Below, one piece after another: positions 1-10,172 of a stretch of 64,000 bases of DNA. The position numbers and the translations under genes were made by a program. Under the pieces are notes generated by a model. It worked only from the letters and a program-made list of their open reading frames with translations, was not told the DNA's origin and did not search any database. How positions within the stretch are numbered: position 1 is the first letter of the stretch; the number at the start of each line of letters is the position of its first letter. Origin of the DNA: Hydrogenispora ethanolica (GTDB taxonomy: Bacteria > Bacillota > UBA4882 > UBA8346); the NCBI RefSeq assembly GCF_004340685.1, contig NZ_SLUN01000018.1, positions 54,709 to 118,708 on the forward strand, given 5' to 3'.

Positions 1-406
1 GCATCGCTTTTTTGGTTTGGATGCGCTCAGTGATATCCAATCCGATAATGATGAATTGACACTTTCCGTTCCTACTCTTTGATTTTGATTTATACCACTC
101 GATTTCCCGTATGGAGCCATCCTTCAACATAATAGGACTCTGATGATAACTGTATGAAGATTTGGATTCTAAAAATGACCGACGATTCTCTTCCCGGTCG
201 CTTTCTCGAAAAAACAGGGTGAACCAATCTTGGTCCTTAACTTCTTCCAAAGAATAGCCTGACAGTTTCTCCATCAGCGAATTGAAACGGATAATCTTTC
301 CTGTCCGATCAATTACAACAATAATGATTTGGGCAATATTAATGAGTGTTTCCGCAAAATCTTTTTCTTTACGCAAATCATCCTCAATTTGTTTTTGGTG
401 GTTCAT
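1..406 (-). CDS. PAS domain protein, partial; ATG at 406 on the minus strand, gene runs off the window start
   Basis: Reverse-complement translation from the ATG at 404-406 gives MNHQKQIEDDLRKEKDFAETLINIAQIIIVVIDRTGKIIRFNSLMEKLSGYSLEEVKDQDWF..., which has PAS-like character. No stop codon occurs within the window, so it is absent from the ORF track. Confidence 0.5.
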   Translation of the reverse strand, partial: MNHQKQIEDDLRKEKDFAETLINIAQIIIVVIDRTGKIIRFNSLMEKLSGYSLEEVKDQDWFTLFFRESDREENRRSFLESKSSYSYHQSPIMLKDGSIREIEWYKSKSKSRNGKCQFIIIGLDITERIQTKKAM

Positions 407-802
407 ATTTGGGTTAAATATGAGTTCAGGCCTCCGCGTTCCATGGTATCCAGCATCGTACACGATTCACAGCAGTTTGAGGTAGACTTCGATCCCATTT
501 AATTCCGTCAACAAATCAAAAAAATAGATTTTACCCTTTTATTGGCGAAAAAACGGTATTCGAACCAACATCAACAAAAAAGGGATGAAATCTCCTTTTC
601 ATATTCGACAATCATCAAATCTTCCCCTTCGAAAAAATACCGTTGTTTGGGGTATCTTTTACGTAATATTCTTACATCTAGCATGCTGAAACAATCGACA
701 CAGCTTCCGAAATGGTTATAAATGTATATTTTGTAATAATACGTCTTATTTTTATATTCGACTAAAATTTCCTTTTTATAATAGGGTATAACCCTACCTT
801 TA

Positions 803-834
803 AATAAAAAACACCCTACATTGAGGATGTTTTT
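803..834 (-). terminator. Candidate rho-independent terminator downstream of the LuxR-type regulator gene
   Basis: On the minus strand AAAACATCCT-caatgt-AGGGTGTTTT is followed by TTTTTTATTT. It lies in the AT-rich intergenic region 407-897. Confidence 0.4.
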
Positions 835-897
835 CATTGCTGCGGCAATGAGAGAGTCTTATGCGAAAACAAGCTTACTTTTTATCCGTTATTTTCG

Positions 898-1563
898 TCA
901 ATGAATTGTATCCAAAAATACTACATTATGTTTGATGGCGATTCGTACCAGACCGGCAGTGTCATGCACATTCAGTTTACTCATCATTCTGGCCCGGTGT
1001 TTCTCAACGGTTTTAACAGTAATATTTAGCAATGAAGCTATCGAGTTGTTGGTATGGCCTTCCGCTACCAATTGTAGGACTTCCATTTCCCGCGAAGAAA
1101 GAATCGTATCCAGTTCGGTTTCGGTATTCGAGGCAGTAGGATTAAAAATCTCGGAAATTAATGGGGCAGAAACAATGGGAGTGATAAAAATCTCGCCTCG
1201 TTTCGCCGCCTTAATCGCTAATATGAGTTCTTCAGTCACCGAACGTTTCAATAAATAACCTTTAGCTCCATTGCGCAGGGATTGTCGGACAAGGGACAGA
1301 TCCGAATACATGGACAGCACGATAACTCGGGTTGGGACATCGAGCATCTTGATCTTTTGAATGGCTTGGGTCCCATTCAATCGTGGCATGGCAATATCCA
1401 TCAGCACCACATCCGGTACCAACTTCATCACCATATCCACTGCCATCTGTCCGTCCTCAGCTTCGCCTACAACCTTGATACCAGTTTCTTTCTCTAACAA
1501 AGCTTTTATTCCTTGCCGCACCAAGTGATGGTCTTCGGCAATGAGGACACTAACCATGATCAT
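898..1563 (-). CDS. Two-component response regulator, NarL/FixJ (LuxR) family: REC domain plus LuxR-type HTH
   Basis: N-terminal receiver (VLIAEDHHLVRQG...VLMDIAMP). C-terminal LuxR-type HTH (SSREMEVLQLVAEGHTNNSIASLLNITVKTVEKHRARMMSKL). Confidence 0.85.
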   Translation of the reverse strand: MIMVSVLIAEDHHLVRQGIKALLEKETGIKVVGEAEDGQMAVDMVMKLVPDVVLMDIAMPRLNGTQAIQKIKMLDVPTRVIVLSMYSDLSLVRQSLRNGAKGYLLKRSVTEELILAIKAAKRGEIFITPIVSAPLISEIFNPTASNTETELDTILSSREMEVLQLVAEGHTNNSIASLLNITVKTVEKHRARMMSKLNVHDTAGLVRIAIKHNVVFLDTIH

Positions 1564-1644
1564 CCTCCAGGGTAGTCATCGCAGGGATTGTTCTCTTTCT
1601 CGATTGGATATACAATTTTTGAAATGCGACTCATATTATTCTAC

Positions 1645-1672
1645 AGGAAATAAACAGCCCTTCAGGGCTGTT
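1645..1672 (-). terminator. Candidate terminator after the CheY-like regulator gene
   Basis: Perfect hairpin AACAGCCCT-tc-AGGGCTGTT at 1653-1672, followed on the minus strand by TTATTTCCTG. Confidence 0.35.
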
Positions 1673-1748
1673 GGCTGCTTGATGGGTAATTTTATCCTCT
1701 AATTTGGAAAGGTCGACACGAGACTCATCCCACATGCTATGGTTCAAT

Positions 1749-2159
1749 CTAAATATTGTTGTGGGTCATGAGCAAACCCAATTTCCGCATGACTTCCAAT
1801 AATTTCCCCGTATCGATTGGTTTGGCGGCATAAGCTTCGCAACCGGTGTCAAAGGCCTCAAAGACATTATTAGGCTCATTCAAGGCCGTTGTCATAATCA
1901 CCTTGACCCGGTTTTGGTCCGGAATGCCTCGTTGGTTCTCAATTCCGCGAATCGTCTTTAAGGCTTTATAGCCGTCCACTTTGGGCATCATAATATCCAT
2001 ACAGATTAAATCATAGGGTTGACCTTCATCCCAAGCCATCAAGAAAGCTTCCACTGCTTCCATGCCATTCACAGTGATATCGCAATCACCGTACATTGTT
2101 AAAAACTTAAATAAAAATTTTCTGCTGGCTAAATCGTCCTCAACAATCATAATCCGCAT
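1749..2159 (-). CDS. Single-domain CheY-like response regulator
   Basis: 136 aa; MRIMIVEDD...DLICMDIMMPKVDGY...KVIMTTA receiver signature. Confidence 0.85.
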   Translation of the reverse strand: MRIMIVEDDLASRKFLFKFLTMYGDCDITVNGMEAVEAFLMAWDEGQPYDLICMDIMMPKVDGYKALKTIRGIENQRGIPDQNRVKVIMTTALNEPNNVFEAFDTGCEAYAAKPIDTGKLLEVMRKLGLLMTHNNI

Positions 2160-2240
2160 GGTGAGAACCCCCTTTCATTTATCACAGCGCAACATTCAAT
2201 CATTATGTGTCAAACCAATTCGAGCAAGCGGAATCGCCTC

Positions 2241-5200
2241 TTATTCAGCTCTATGTAAATACTGCTCCAGTTTATCATAGCACTCTTTAATTTCAAGACA
2301 TTGTTCTTTTCGCACTGCCATTTCCATCTTAAAGGCAAGTTGCTTCAAGATATCATCCTTTTCGTTAACGGCAGCTACTTTTAAATGATGAGCGATGTCT
2401 TCCATAGTTGCATAATCTTCATGATTAAAAGCAGCCTCGAAATTTAGGAGAAACCGCTTCTTACTGTCATCCGGTTGGATTTTTTCTGGTTCCCATTCTT
2501 TTGAAAGGTCTTCCGCCTCGGAATTTTTCTGGTATTTTGCCGCTTCAACGAAACAGAGTTCAGCAATGTTTTTTGAAAGGTCGTAGATGGAAACCGGTTT
2601 GGTAACCAAGCCATCCATGCCTGCAGCCAGAAACTTTTTGGTATCGTCCGAAAAGGCATGCGCCGTTAAAGCTATAATTGGGATGTGCCCTCCGGCTTCC
2701 GCTTCCAGTTCTCGGATTCGGCGGGTCGTTTCCATGCCTCCCATGCCCGGCATTTGGATGTCCATCAAAATAAGATTATAACTGTTTCGTGTCAATTTAT
2801 GGAGAGCCTCTATCCCTTCCGTGGCGACATCGACTTTTATCCCAATGCGCTGTAACATCTTCGCAACGGTTGCCTGATTAATCGGATCGTCCTCCACTAG
2901 CAGCACATGCAACTGTGCCGAGCCGAGGTCAAGATAATCGGGAAGGCTGGCTTTCTGGGGCGGTGAGTCTTGAGCATCAAGCGTAACCGGAACAGAAAAA
3001 TAAAAAGTACTGCCCCGATCTTTTTCACTGTATACCCCAATTTCTCCGCCCATCATGTTTACCAACCGTTTGGCAATCGCAAGTCCCAGGCCGGTCCCGC
3101 CGAAACGGCGCGTAATTGATCCATCCACTTGGCTGAATGTTTGAAATAGGCGATTCATTTCAGACTGTTCGATTCCTATTCCGGTATCACTGACTTCAAA
3201 CCGAAGAAACACACTATCATTCCGGTCATAACTATGATAGACTGCTAGCGTTACCATCCCAGTCTCAGTAAACTTCACCGCATTGGATAGCAGATTATTC
3301 AGCACCTGTAGCAGGCGGAGCGGCGCACCGATTAAGGAACGTGGGGTTCGGGGGTTGACCTCAACGGTTAACTCCAATCCTTTTTTTAAAGCACTTGAGA
3401 GATGGGCTTTGAGCGCCTTATGAACTAATTCATCCAAATCAAAAGGAATGAGTTCGATTTCAAGTTTCCCTGCTTCAATTTTAGAGAAATCAAGGATATC
3501 ATTTATTACATTCAATAAAGTCCCGGCACAATTCTTGGCAATCAAAAGGTTTTCACGCTGGTCCCGCTCCAGGCTAGTTAAAAGAGTCAAATCGATCATT
3601 CCCGTAATTCCGTTCAGTGGCGTCCTGATCTCATGACTCATATTGGCCAGGAATTCCGTTTTAGCCCGATTCGCTGCCTCGGCGGTCTCTTTCGCCTGTT
3701 TCATTTCGGCCTCAGCCTGTTTACGCCCGCTGATGTCGGATATTACGACCGCAAAATAACCCGGCTGCGGACTATATGCCGAAATGGATACCCAGCCGCT
3801 GCTCAGTTCCGATTGAGAAGTATCCAGTTTAATACTCTCACCTGTAAGTGCCACCATCCCAAAGATGCGAATCCGCTCCGCAACAATCGGCGCCGATTCG
3901 GGGATTATCTCCGTAAGGCGTTTACCGATCAACTGTTCTCGATTCCAGCCCGTCAATTTTTCGAAAGCAGCATTCACTTCTAAAAAAACATAATCTATTG
4001 GATTTTGTTGCTCGTCAAATACAACTTGATGGTAAGCAAAACCATCCGACATATTGGCAAATAAAGAAGAATATTTTTCTTGACTCGCCCGCAGTTGAGC
4101 TTCGGCATTTTTCCTATACGTAATATCGCGCGCAATGCCGGTGCTTCCTACAATCCGTCCATCTTCCGCAAAGATTGGAGTTTTGATGACTTCAAACCAG
4201 CGTTCATCACCGCCACGCACCCTGATTTTTTCTTCCGATCCAAATTGCCGGCCAAAATATACCACTTCACCATCGCCGTTCATTAAACTTTTGGCAAGCT
4301 GCTCCGGCCACAACTCAGTGTCTGTCTTCCCGACAACTGCTTCGGGGTGAACTCCCAGCAAAGAGCCGAACCTTTCATTTACGGCAATATAATGTCCCTC
4401 TTCATTTTTCAACCAAGCTAAATCGGGGATATTATTCAAAATTGCCTGTTGAAGTCGCTCTTTTTCCAAGACCAACTCCTCTATTCGCTTAATACGAGTT
4501 ATATCCCGAAATACGACGACTACTCCAAGGACAGTATCGGTTTGATTTTGTATCGGAGCGTTACTCGCAGATATGTAACGAATTGTCCGGTCTCTGGCCA
4601 CTAATGCCGTATGTTTTGGAAGTCCCACCTTCGTCCGGTTCTCAAAAGCTATTTGCATGGGATCAGTGACCGGTAGCCCCGTTTTGTAATTGATGATTTT
4701 AAAAATCACATTGGCGGGTTGATGAATGGCTTCCTCCAGCGTCCAGCCAGTCAATTCCTCAGCAACTTTATTAATAAAAATAACATTCAATCGATCATCG
4801 GTTACAATTAATCCATCTCCGATAGAATCCAATAAAGAATGTATCGGTTCCTTATTTGAACGAGTGTGATGACTACCTGATTTTAAGCGATTTCGTAGCA
4901 AAGATTCTCGTAATGCATGTTGAAGTACTCTCGAACGATGCGGAAGCTGATTTGGAAAAAAACAATCATAATAAGAGAATGAAAACTGAAAATTCTCAGC
5001 TTGCAAATTCCTACTCAATAAGAGCACAATTGCCTCTACTGCGTCTTTTACGAGTGGAGAGAGCAACGAATCGTCGGGAAAAAGATCGATATTCAGCACT
5101 ATCAAATCCCAAAGGCGATTGGAAATTGCGCTTTTTAAAGCCGAATTATCATCCACCTGGTACACCGTTATGGTAATACCTTCTTGAGCAGCTGCTTCAG

Positions 5201-5261
5201 CCACTCTATCCGCATCATTTTTTTGGTCGCTGGCGATTAAAACCTGCAAAACTTCAAACAC
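2241..5261 (-). CDS. Soluble multi-PAS hybrid sensor histidine kinase (pseudo-receiver / PAS x3-4 / HisKA / HATPase / REC / Hpt-like C-terminus), module Che-B
   Basis: H-box ANMSHEIRTPLNGITGMIDL. HATPase G-boxes (DTGIGI, GGTGLGLAI). Receiver HVLLVEDDPINQ...LILMDIQMPGMGG. C-terminal HHLKVAAVNEK resembles the Hpt HxLKGxxxN motif. No transmembrane segment. Confidence 0.85.
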   Translation of the reverse strand: MFEVLQVLIASDQKNDADRVAEAAAQEGITITVYQVDDNSALKSAISNRLWDLIVLNIDLFPDDSLLSPLVKDAVEAIVLLLSRNLQAENFQFSFSYYDCFFPNQLPHRSRVLQHALRESLLRNRLKSGSHHTRSNKEPIHSLLDSIGDGLIVTDDRLNVIFINKVAEELTGWTLEEAIHQPANVIFKIINYKTGLPVTDPMQIAFENRTKVGLPKHTALVARDRTIRYISASNAPIQNQTDTVLGVVVVFRDITRIKRIEELVLEKERLQQAILNNIPDLAWLKNEEGHYIAVNERFGSLLGVHPEAVVGKTDTELWPEQLAKSLMNGDGEVVYFGRQFGSEEKIRVRGGDERWFEVIKTPIFAEDGRIVGSTGIARDITYRKNAEAQLRASQEKYSSLFANMSDGFAYHQVVFDEQQNPIDYVFLEVNAAFEKLTGWNREQLIGKRLTEIIPESAPIVAERIRIFGMVALTGESIKLDTSQSELSSGWVSISAYSPQPGYFAVVISDISGRKQAEAEMKQAKETAEAANRAKTEFLANMSHEIRTPLNGITGMIDLTLLTSLERDQRENLLIAKNCAGTLLNVINDILDFSKIEAGKLEIELIPFDLDELVHKALKAHLSSALKKGLELTVEVNPRTPRSLIGAPLRLLQVLNNLLSNAVKFTETGMVTLAVYHSYDRNDSVFLRFEVSDTGIGIEQSEMNRLFQTFSQVDGSITRRFGGTGLGLAIAKRLVNMMGGEIGVYSEKDRGSTFYFSVPVTLDAQDSPPQKASLPDYLDLGSAQLHVLLVEDDPINQATVAKMLQRIGIKVDVATEGIEALHKLTRNSYNLILMDIQMPGMGGMETTRRIRELEAEAGGHIPIIALTAHAFSDDTKKFLAAGMDGLVTKPVSIYDLSKNIAELCFVEAAKYQKNSEAEDLSKEWEPEKIQPDDSKKRFLLNFEAAFNHEDYATMEDIAHHLKVAAVNEKDDILKQLAFKMEMAVRKEQCLEIKECYDKLEQYLHRAE

Positions 5262-5297
5262 GGCTTCACCTTCCGCTTTGAGTTCCCAAACCCATGT

Positions 5298-6329
5298 CTA
5301 TAGGTTGTTGACACAGGTTTCGATCGCTTTCGCCATCTCTCCTAGCGGTACCTGCCTCTCCACTGCGCCGATTTCAAAAGCGACCCGCGGCATACCATAC
5401 ACCACACTGGTACTCTCATCCTGACCGAGAGTCCGACTCCCCTTTTTACGCATTTCAAGCAATCCTTTGGCGCCATCATACCCCATCCCTGTAAGAATAA
5501 CCCCCACCGAATTCTTACCAGCGTGATCTGCGACGGAGTGAAACAAAACATCGACCGAGGGACAATGTCCGTTCACCTTGTCCCCTTTAAAGCATTCAAT
5601 AAAATAAGATTCGCCGCCTCTTTTAATTTTCATTTGAAAATCCCCTGGCGCAATCAAAACCCGCCCCGGAAATACACGGTCGCCGTTTTCCGCTTCTTTT
5701 ACCTCGACTTGACAAGAGTTATTCAACCGTTCAGCATACATTCTGGTAAAAACCGGCGGCATATGTTGAACCACAACCGTTCCTGGCATATTGCGCGGAA
5801 AAGCCTGCAAAATATGGGATAAAGCTTCGGTTCCCCCGGTTGAGGCTCCGATGGCGATTAGTTTATCGGGCCGACCTTGAATCACATTCTTTACTTCATG
5901 GAACTTGGGGTCATGCTTCCAACTTCCTACCTTAGCAATCGAAGCAATTTTAATCTTTACAATCAGTTCGTTAATGAGTGATTCCATGCTACGACCAATG
6001 GAAGTATCCGGTTTGGTTACAAAATCAACTGCTCCAGCTTTGAGCGCTTCAAAAACGCTATCGCTCACAGCACTAACCATTACTACTGGTAAAGGATATT
6101 GGGGCATCAACTGTTTTAAGAAATCGATCCCGTTCAATTTCGGCATTTCAACGTCTAAAGTCAAAACTTGCGGCTGCAAGGCAATGATTTTTTCCTTAGC
6201 TTCATACGCATCGCTCGCTGTCCCCACAACCTGAATTCCTGAATCCGCCGCGAGACCTTGAACTAAGGTTTCCCGAAAAACCAAGGAATCATCAACGACC
6301 AAGACTTTAATCCGCTGTTTGATTGTCAC
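5298..6329 (-). CDS. cheB: Chemotaxis protein-glutamate methylesterase CheB (REC + CheB methylesterase), module Che-B
   Basis: KVLVVDDSLVFRE receiver; GASTGGTEAL and the catalytic region of the CheB family. Confidence 0.9.
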   Translation of the reverse strand: MTIKQRIKVLVVDDSLVFRETLVQGLAADSGIQVVGTASDAYEAKEKIIALQPQVLTLDVEMPKLNGIDFLKQLMPQYPLPVVMVSAVSDSVFEALKAGAVDFVTKPDTSIGRSMESLINELIVKIKIASIAKVGSWKHDPKFHEVKNVIQGRPDKLIAIGASTGGTEALSHILQAFPRNMPGTVVVQHMPPVFTRMYAERLNNSCQVEVKEAENGDRVFPGRVLIAPGDFQMKIKRGGESYFIECFKGDKVNGHCPSVDVLFHSVADHAGKNSVGVILTGMGYDGAKGLLEMRKKGSRTLGQDESTSVVYGMPRVAFEIGAVERQVPLGEMAKAIETCVNNL

Positions 6330-6334
6330 TGGCT

Positions 6335-7165
6335 TTATTCCTTTCTATAGACCGAAGGACGAATATATTTGTAAGCGGTTTCCTCTCGCCGTAAGGATTC
6401 CGAAAGACCGATAAATAAATACCCGCCCGGTTCAGTATGATCATAAAAACGATTCACAAGTTGCCGACGAGTCTCAGAGTCGAAATAGATCATAACATTA
6501 CGGCAGAAAATGACCTGAAATCTCTTTTTAAATGGAAATACTTGATTCATCAGATTAAACTGCCGGAAAATTACATTTTCCCGAATTTCCTCAACAACAT
6601 GACTCGAATCGGAGTCATGTTTTTTGAAGTATTTTCGTCTCCATTCTTCTGGCAAGACCTGTAATTGTTCGTTGGTATATATCCCTTGTGTCGCAGTCTC
6701 TAAGACTTTTTCCGAAATATCCGTAGCTAAAATACGACTATCCCATAACTTTTGTTCCATCCCGAGAAAGTCTGCGATAATCATTGCCAAAGTATAAGGT
6801 TCTTCTCCACTAGAGCATCCTGCACTCCAGATTCGTAAATCTTTATTGGAAGCGGTCTTTTTTAAACATGGGAGCACTTGAGTTTGAAAGTAATTAAAAT
6901 GTTCTTTCTCCCTCAAAAAAAAAGTATGATTGGTCGTAATCCGATTAATTAATGTTGTAATCGCTTTTCCCGTTTGATCAGCTTTCACATATTTTATATA
7001 TTCCGAAAAAGAATTGAGATTTTTTTCTGCTAAAATATGCTGTAGCCTTCCGGTTACCAACGTTTTTTTTTCAAATAAATTAATACCATAATTGTTTTTG
7101 ATAAAACCAACAAGCTCAACGAACTCATCTTCGTTAATTGAAACCATGATCAAGCCCCACCACAA
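6335..7165 (-). CDS. cheR: Chemotaxis protein methyltransferase CheR, module Che-B
   Basis: SAM-dependent methyltransferase CheR signature ([19 protein letters not shown]...[10 protein letters not shown]). Confidence 0.9.
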   Translation of the reverse strand: MWWGLIMVSINEDEFVELVGFIKNNYGINLFEKKTLVTGRLQHILAEKNLNSFSEYIKYVKADQTGKAITTLINRITTNHTFFLREKEHFNYFQTQVLPCLKKTASNKDLRIWSAGCSSGEEPYTLAMIIADFLGMEQKLWDSRILATDISEKVLETATQGIYTNEQLQVLPEEWRRKYFKKHDSDSSHVVEEIRENVIFRQFNLMNQVFPFKKRFQVIFCRNVMIYFDSETRRQLVNRFYDHTEPGGYLFIGLSESLRREETAYKYIRPSVYRKE

Positions 7166-7222
7166 TTATAACGTATTACGTCGGGTTGTTTTCACTTTTA
7201 TTTAATAACGAGAAAAATCAAC

Positions 7223-7726
7223 TTAAGAAAGCTCGGCCAAGTTTTTAACTTCATCATCGTTAAGTAATTTTTTGCAGTCCAACAACAGTTTTACTTGATT
7301 TCCTATTTTGCCCAACCCTTTAATGTATCGGGTCTGAAATCCAGTGCTGGGATCGGGAGGAGGCACAATTTCTTCTTCCGGTATCGTAACAACCTCAAGT
7401 ACCTTATCAACGATCAAACCAATCGTAATTTCTTCTATATCAACTACAATAATGCAAGTCCGCTCATTATACTCCAGAAAATCTTTCTTAAATCGAATTC
7501 TTACGTCCATCACCGGAATGATTTTGCCTCGTAAATTAATAATTCCCTTGATATAATCCGGAAGTTCGGGTACCTGTGTAATCGCTTGAATGCCGATAAT
7601 CTCCGTAACAAATTTTATCTCTATTCCATAATCTTCTTTTCCGATAGAGAACGTCAGAAACCGCCCTTTTTGCGTATCTTCTTGCAATTCCATTGATTCA
7701 TCGACCATTCCAATCATTTCTACCAC
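7223..7726 (-). CDS. cheW: Chemotaxis coupling protein CheW, module Che-B
   Basis: 167 aa; CheW-like domain (FLTFSIGKEDYGIEI...[15 protein letters not shown]). Confidence 0.9.
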   Translation of the reverse strand: MVEMIGMVDESMELQEDTQKGRFLTFSIGKEDYGIEIKFVTEIIGIQAITQVPELPDYIKGIINLRGKIIPVMDVRIRFKKDFLEYNERTCIIVVDIEEITIGLIVDKVLEVVTIPEEEIVPPPDPSTGFQTRYIKGLGKIGNQVKLLLDCKKLLNDDEVKNLAELS

Positions 7727-7789
7727 CTCTTGTTTTTAAGTCCAATTATTTTTAACGTCATAGAACGAATGGAGACCTCTCAAAAGACT

Positions 7790-9841
7790 TCAATAATGCA
7801 AAAACCCCGCTACATCCAAAATCAAACTAATACTGCCGTCCCCCAATAGAGTACAACCCGCAACCCCACTTACTTTCTTAATGTACCGTGGAAGATTCTT
7901 CACCACCACTTGCTGTTCGCCCAGTAATTGATCAGCAAATAAACAAATTACTTTTTGATCATTTTCCACCATCACAATAATTCCTTCCGATAATTCTTCT
8001 ACAACGGTAGGAATTTTATAAAATTGATGCAGTCGGAGAATGGGATGGCATTGCCCGCGAAGCAGGATCATTTCATTTCCATCCGGGTCATGAATAATGT
8101 CTTCACTTTTTACTCGAAATGACTCTCGAATGGTTGTCGTTGGAACAGTAAAAAGCGATTCTCCCACTTGAATCGACATTCCATTAATAATTGCTAAAGT
8201 CAACGGAATCTTTAATGAAATTACAGTTCCCATTCCCGGTGTGCTATCAATGAAAACGGTTCCGCCTACCTTCTCAATGTTCTTCACGACTACATCCATG
8301 CCTACACCGCGACCCGAAAATTCCGTTACCTTTTCCTTGGTCGAAAATCCTGGCAAAAGAATAAATGAATAAATTTCGCGATCCGTTAATTCGCTTTCAG
8401 GCTTAAAGACCAATCCATTTTCTTGAGCTTTAGCCAAAATCTTTTCTTTGTTTAATCCGCGACCGTCATCCTGAACAATGATCCACACTTCATTTCCGGA
8501 GTTTTTCGCTTCCAATGTTATTTTTGCTGTTTCCGGTTTCCCTTTCGCCAGACGTTCATTGGGAGGTTCTATACCATGATCAATCGAATTTCGGATTAAA
8601 TGCATCAGCGGATCAGATAGATTTTCAATGATATTCTTATCAACTTCAGTTTCTTCACCGATTAGCGCAAGCTCAACATCTTTATTAAGCTTGTGAGACA
8701 TATCCCTTACTATCCTCTGCATTTTTAGGAATGTATTCGTCAACGGAACCATTCGGATGGACATTACGATATCCTGCAATTCATTCGTGATTTTCCGAAG
8801 TTGTCCAGAGGCTTTATGATAGTTTTCCAGCGGTAAGTTTTCTAGTTCCGGATGATGAGTCACCATTGCTTCGGCAATCACCAACTCTGCAACCAGATCC
8901 ATTAATTTATCCAGTTTATCGACATTAACGTTGATAAATTTCTGGGTTACCGAATTAAGAACATGGTTTTTCTCAGCCTCTCCACCATGCTTCGTTTCAT
9001 TTGGATGAGAATTGCCCGTATCATTACTGGACGCATCTTTTTGGATCTTTGATATCGCGGGAGTATCGATATCCGGAAGAATGGTCACTTCTTTGAGAAA
9101 CGGCGTCTTATTTAGAAAATCACGAAGCTCTTCAGGAGTGAGCTGACTCTGTATCAAAATATGCAGACCGTTCTTGCGGATCTCCCCAATTGTATCCTGA
9201 TCGTCGATGATAACCTCAGGACTGGTTTCGACTACCTCCGCTTTCTCTTTTAACTGATACAAAAGGGTGAAGGCTCGAACATCCTCCATTTCACAGCCTT
9301 CCATAAAACAAAGTTCGATCCGGAAACGGTTTTGATTATCCTTTTTTTCTGCATTCTGGTCGGAACCAATATAAAACTTTTGCGATTCTGCCTTTTTTGT
9401 ATCATTTTTGTTTTCAGGAGGCGCTCCTGACGCATCGGATTTCAATGTTGCCAAAAACTCTTTAATCGTTTGGATTAACCCGGATGAATCTCCGTCGGGT
9501 TCTTCTCCGTTTTGAAGCTTGTTAATCTCATTTTTGGTAAAATCAACCCCAGCCAAGACTAAATCGCTCAATTTCATATAATCTACCTGGCTTGGCTTTT
9601 CCTCGCGTAAAAAATAAAAGAGATCTTCGATCGCATGAGCTAAATTCGAAATATTATTAAATAGCATCATGGCCGAGGAACCTTTAATGGTGTGCATGAT
9701 TCGGAAAATTTCATTAATCGATGAGTCAAACCCATTGCCTTGTTCACTATTGAGAATAAGTTGTTCCAGCTGCTCAATGAGTTGTGTGGTTTCAAAAATG
9801 AACAAATCCAACATGGGTTCCCGCTCAAAACTGCTCCCCAT
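7790..9841 (-). CDS. cheA: Chemotaxis histidine kinase CheA, module Che-B
   Basis: Hpt P1 (HTIKGSSAMM), dimerisation domain, HATPase (GRGVGMDVV) and a C-terminal CheW-like P5 domain. Confidence 0.9.
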   Translation of the reverse strand: MGSSFEREPMLDLFIFETTQLIEQLEQLILNSEQGNGFDSSINEIFRIMHTIKGSSAMMLFNNISNLAHAIEDLFYFLREEKPSQVDYMKLSDLVLAGVDFTKNEINKLQNGEEPDGDSSGLIQTIKEFLATLKSDASGAPPENKNDTKKAESQKFYIGSDQNAEKKDNQNRFRIELCFMEGCEMEDVRAFTLLYQLKEKAEVVETSPEVIIDDQDTIGEIRKNGLHILIQSQLTPEELRDFLNKTPFLKEVTILPDIDTPAISKIQKDASSNDTGNSHPNETKHGGEAEKNHVLNSVTQKFINVNVDKLDKLMDLVAELVIAEAMVTHHPELENLPLENYHKASGQLRKITNELQDIVMSIRMVPLTNTFLKMQRIVRDMSHKLNKDVELALIGEETEVDKNIIENLSDPLMHLIRNSIDHGIEPPNERLAKGKPETAKITLEAKNSGNEVWIIVQDDGRGLNKEKILAKAQENGLVFKPESELTDREIYSFILLPGFSTKEKVTEFSGRGVGMDVVVKNIEKVGGTVFIDSTPGMGTVISLKIPLTLAIINGMSIQVGESLFTVPTTTIRESFRVKSEDIIHDPDGNEMILLRGQCHPILRLHQFYKIPTVVEELSEGIIVMVENDQKVICLFADQLLGEQQVVVKNLPRYIKKVSGVAGCTLLGDGSISLILDVAGFLHY

Positions 9842-9912
9842 TTAGTTCACTCCTTATTTTAGCGAATTTACCGAATAAAATCCGGGCGGCCGCTGCTGAA
9901 ACATCGGTCGTC

Positions 9913-9936
9913 CGGATTAACGAATTTTTTAATCCG
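9913..9936. promoter_or_regulatory. Perfect 8-bp-arm palindrome CGGATTAA-N8-TTAATCCG in the cheA(Che-B) upstream region; candidate operator
   Basis: Seen directly. It lies in the 330-bp intergenic region between the hybrid kinase stop (10173) and the cheA start (9841). AATCCGG-like sequences recur three times nearby. Confidence 0.3.
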
Positions 9937-10172
9937 CAGGCCTGACTAATCAGCATCCTTGCCGAACAGGTTTTCTAAATATTATATCGACGTTACCTGT
10001 ATAATCTTAATAGCTTTATAGTTTTTCCTAAAGATCGTTTTTACATAGTAATGGCCAATATTGCTTATTCCGTATCAGACTTTGAAATAAACTCGCTTCA
10101 TGATATAGCATAATACGAAGACCACCGGATGATATATGTTACGAGCTAGAACAATTCCTACCTATCACCGAT

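Noticed and set aside
571-837. 88-aa minus-strand ORF in the AT-rich intergenic region
   Set aside because: Extremely AT-rich and low-complexity (KIYIYNHF…), with no RBS. The region more plausibly holds the LuxR-gene terminator and the PAS-gene promoter.
9998-10005. Plus-strand extended -10 (TGTATAAT) pointing antisense into the hybrid kinase 3' end
   Set aside because: There is no -35 element and no downstream plus-strand ORF or structured RNA. The same AT-rich sequence more plausibly serves the minus-strand cheA promoter.
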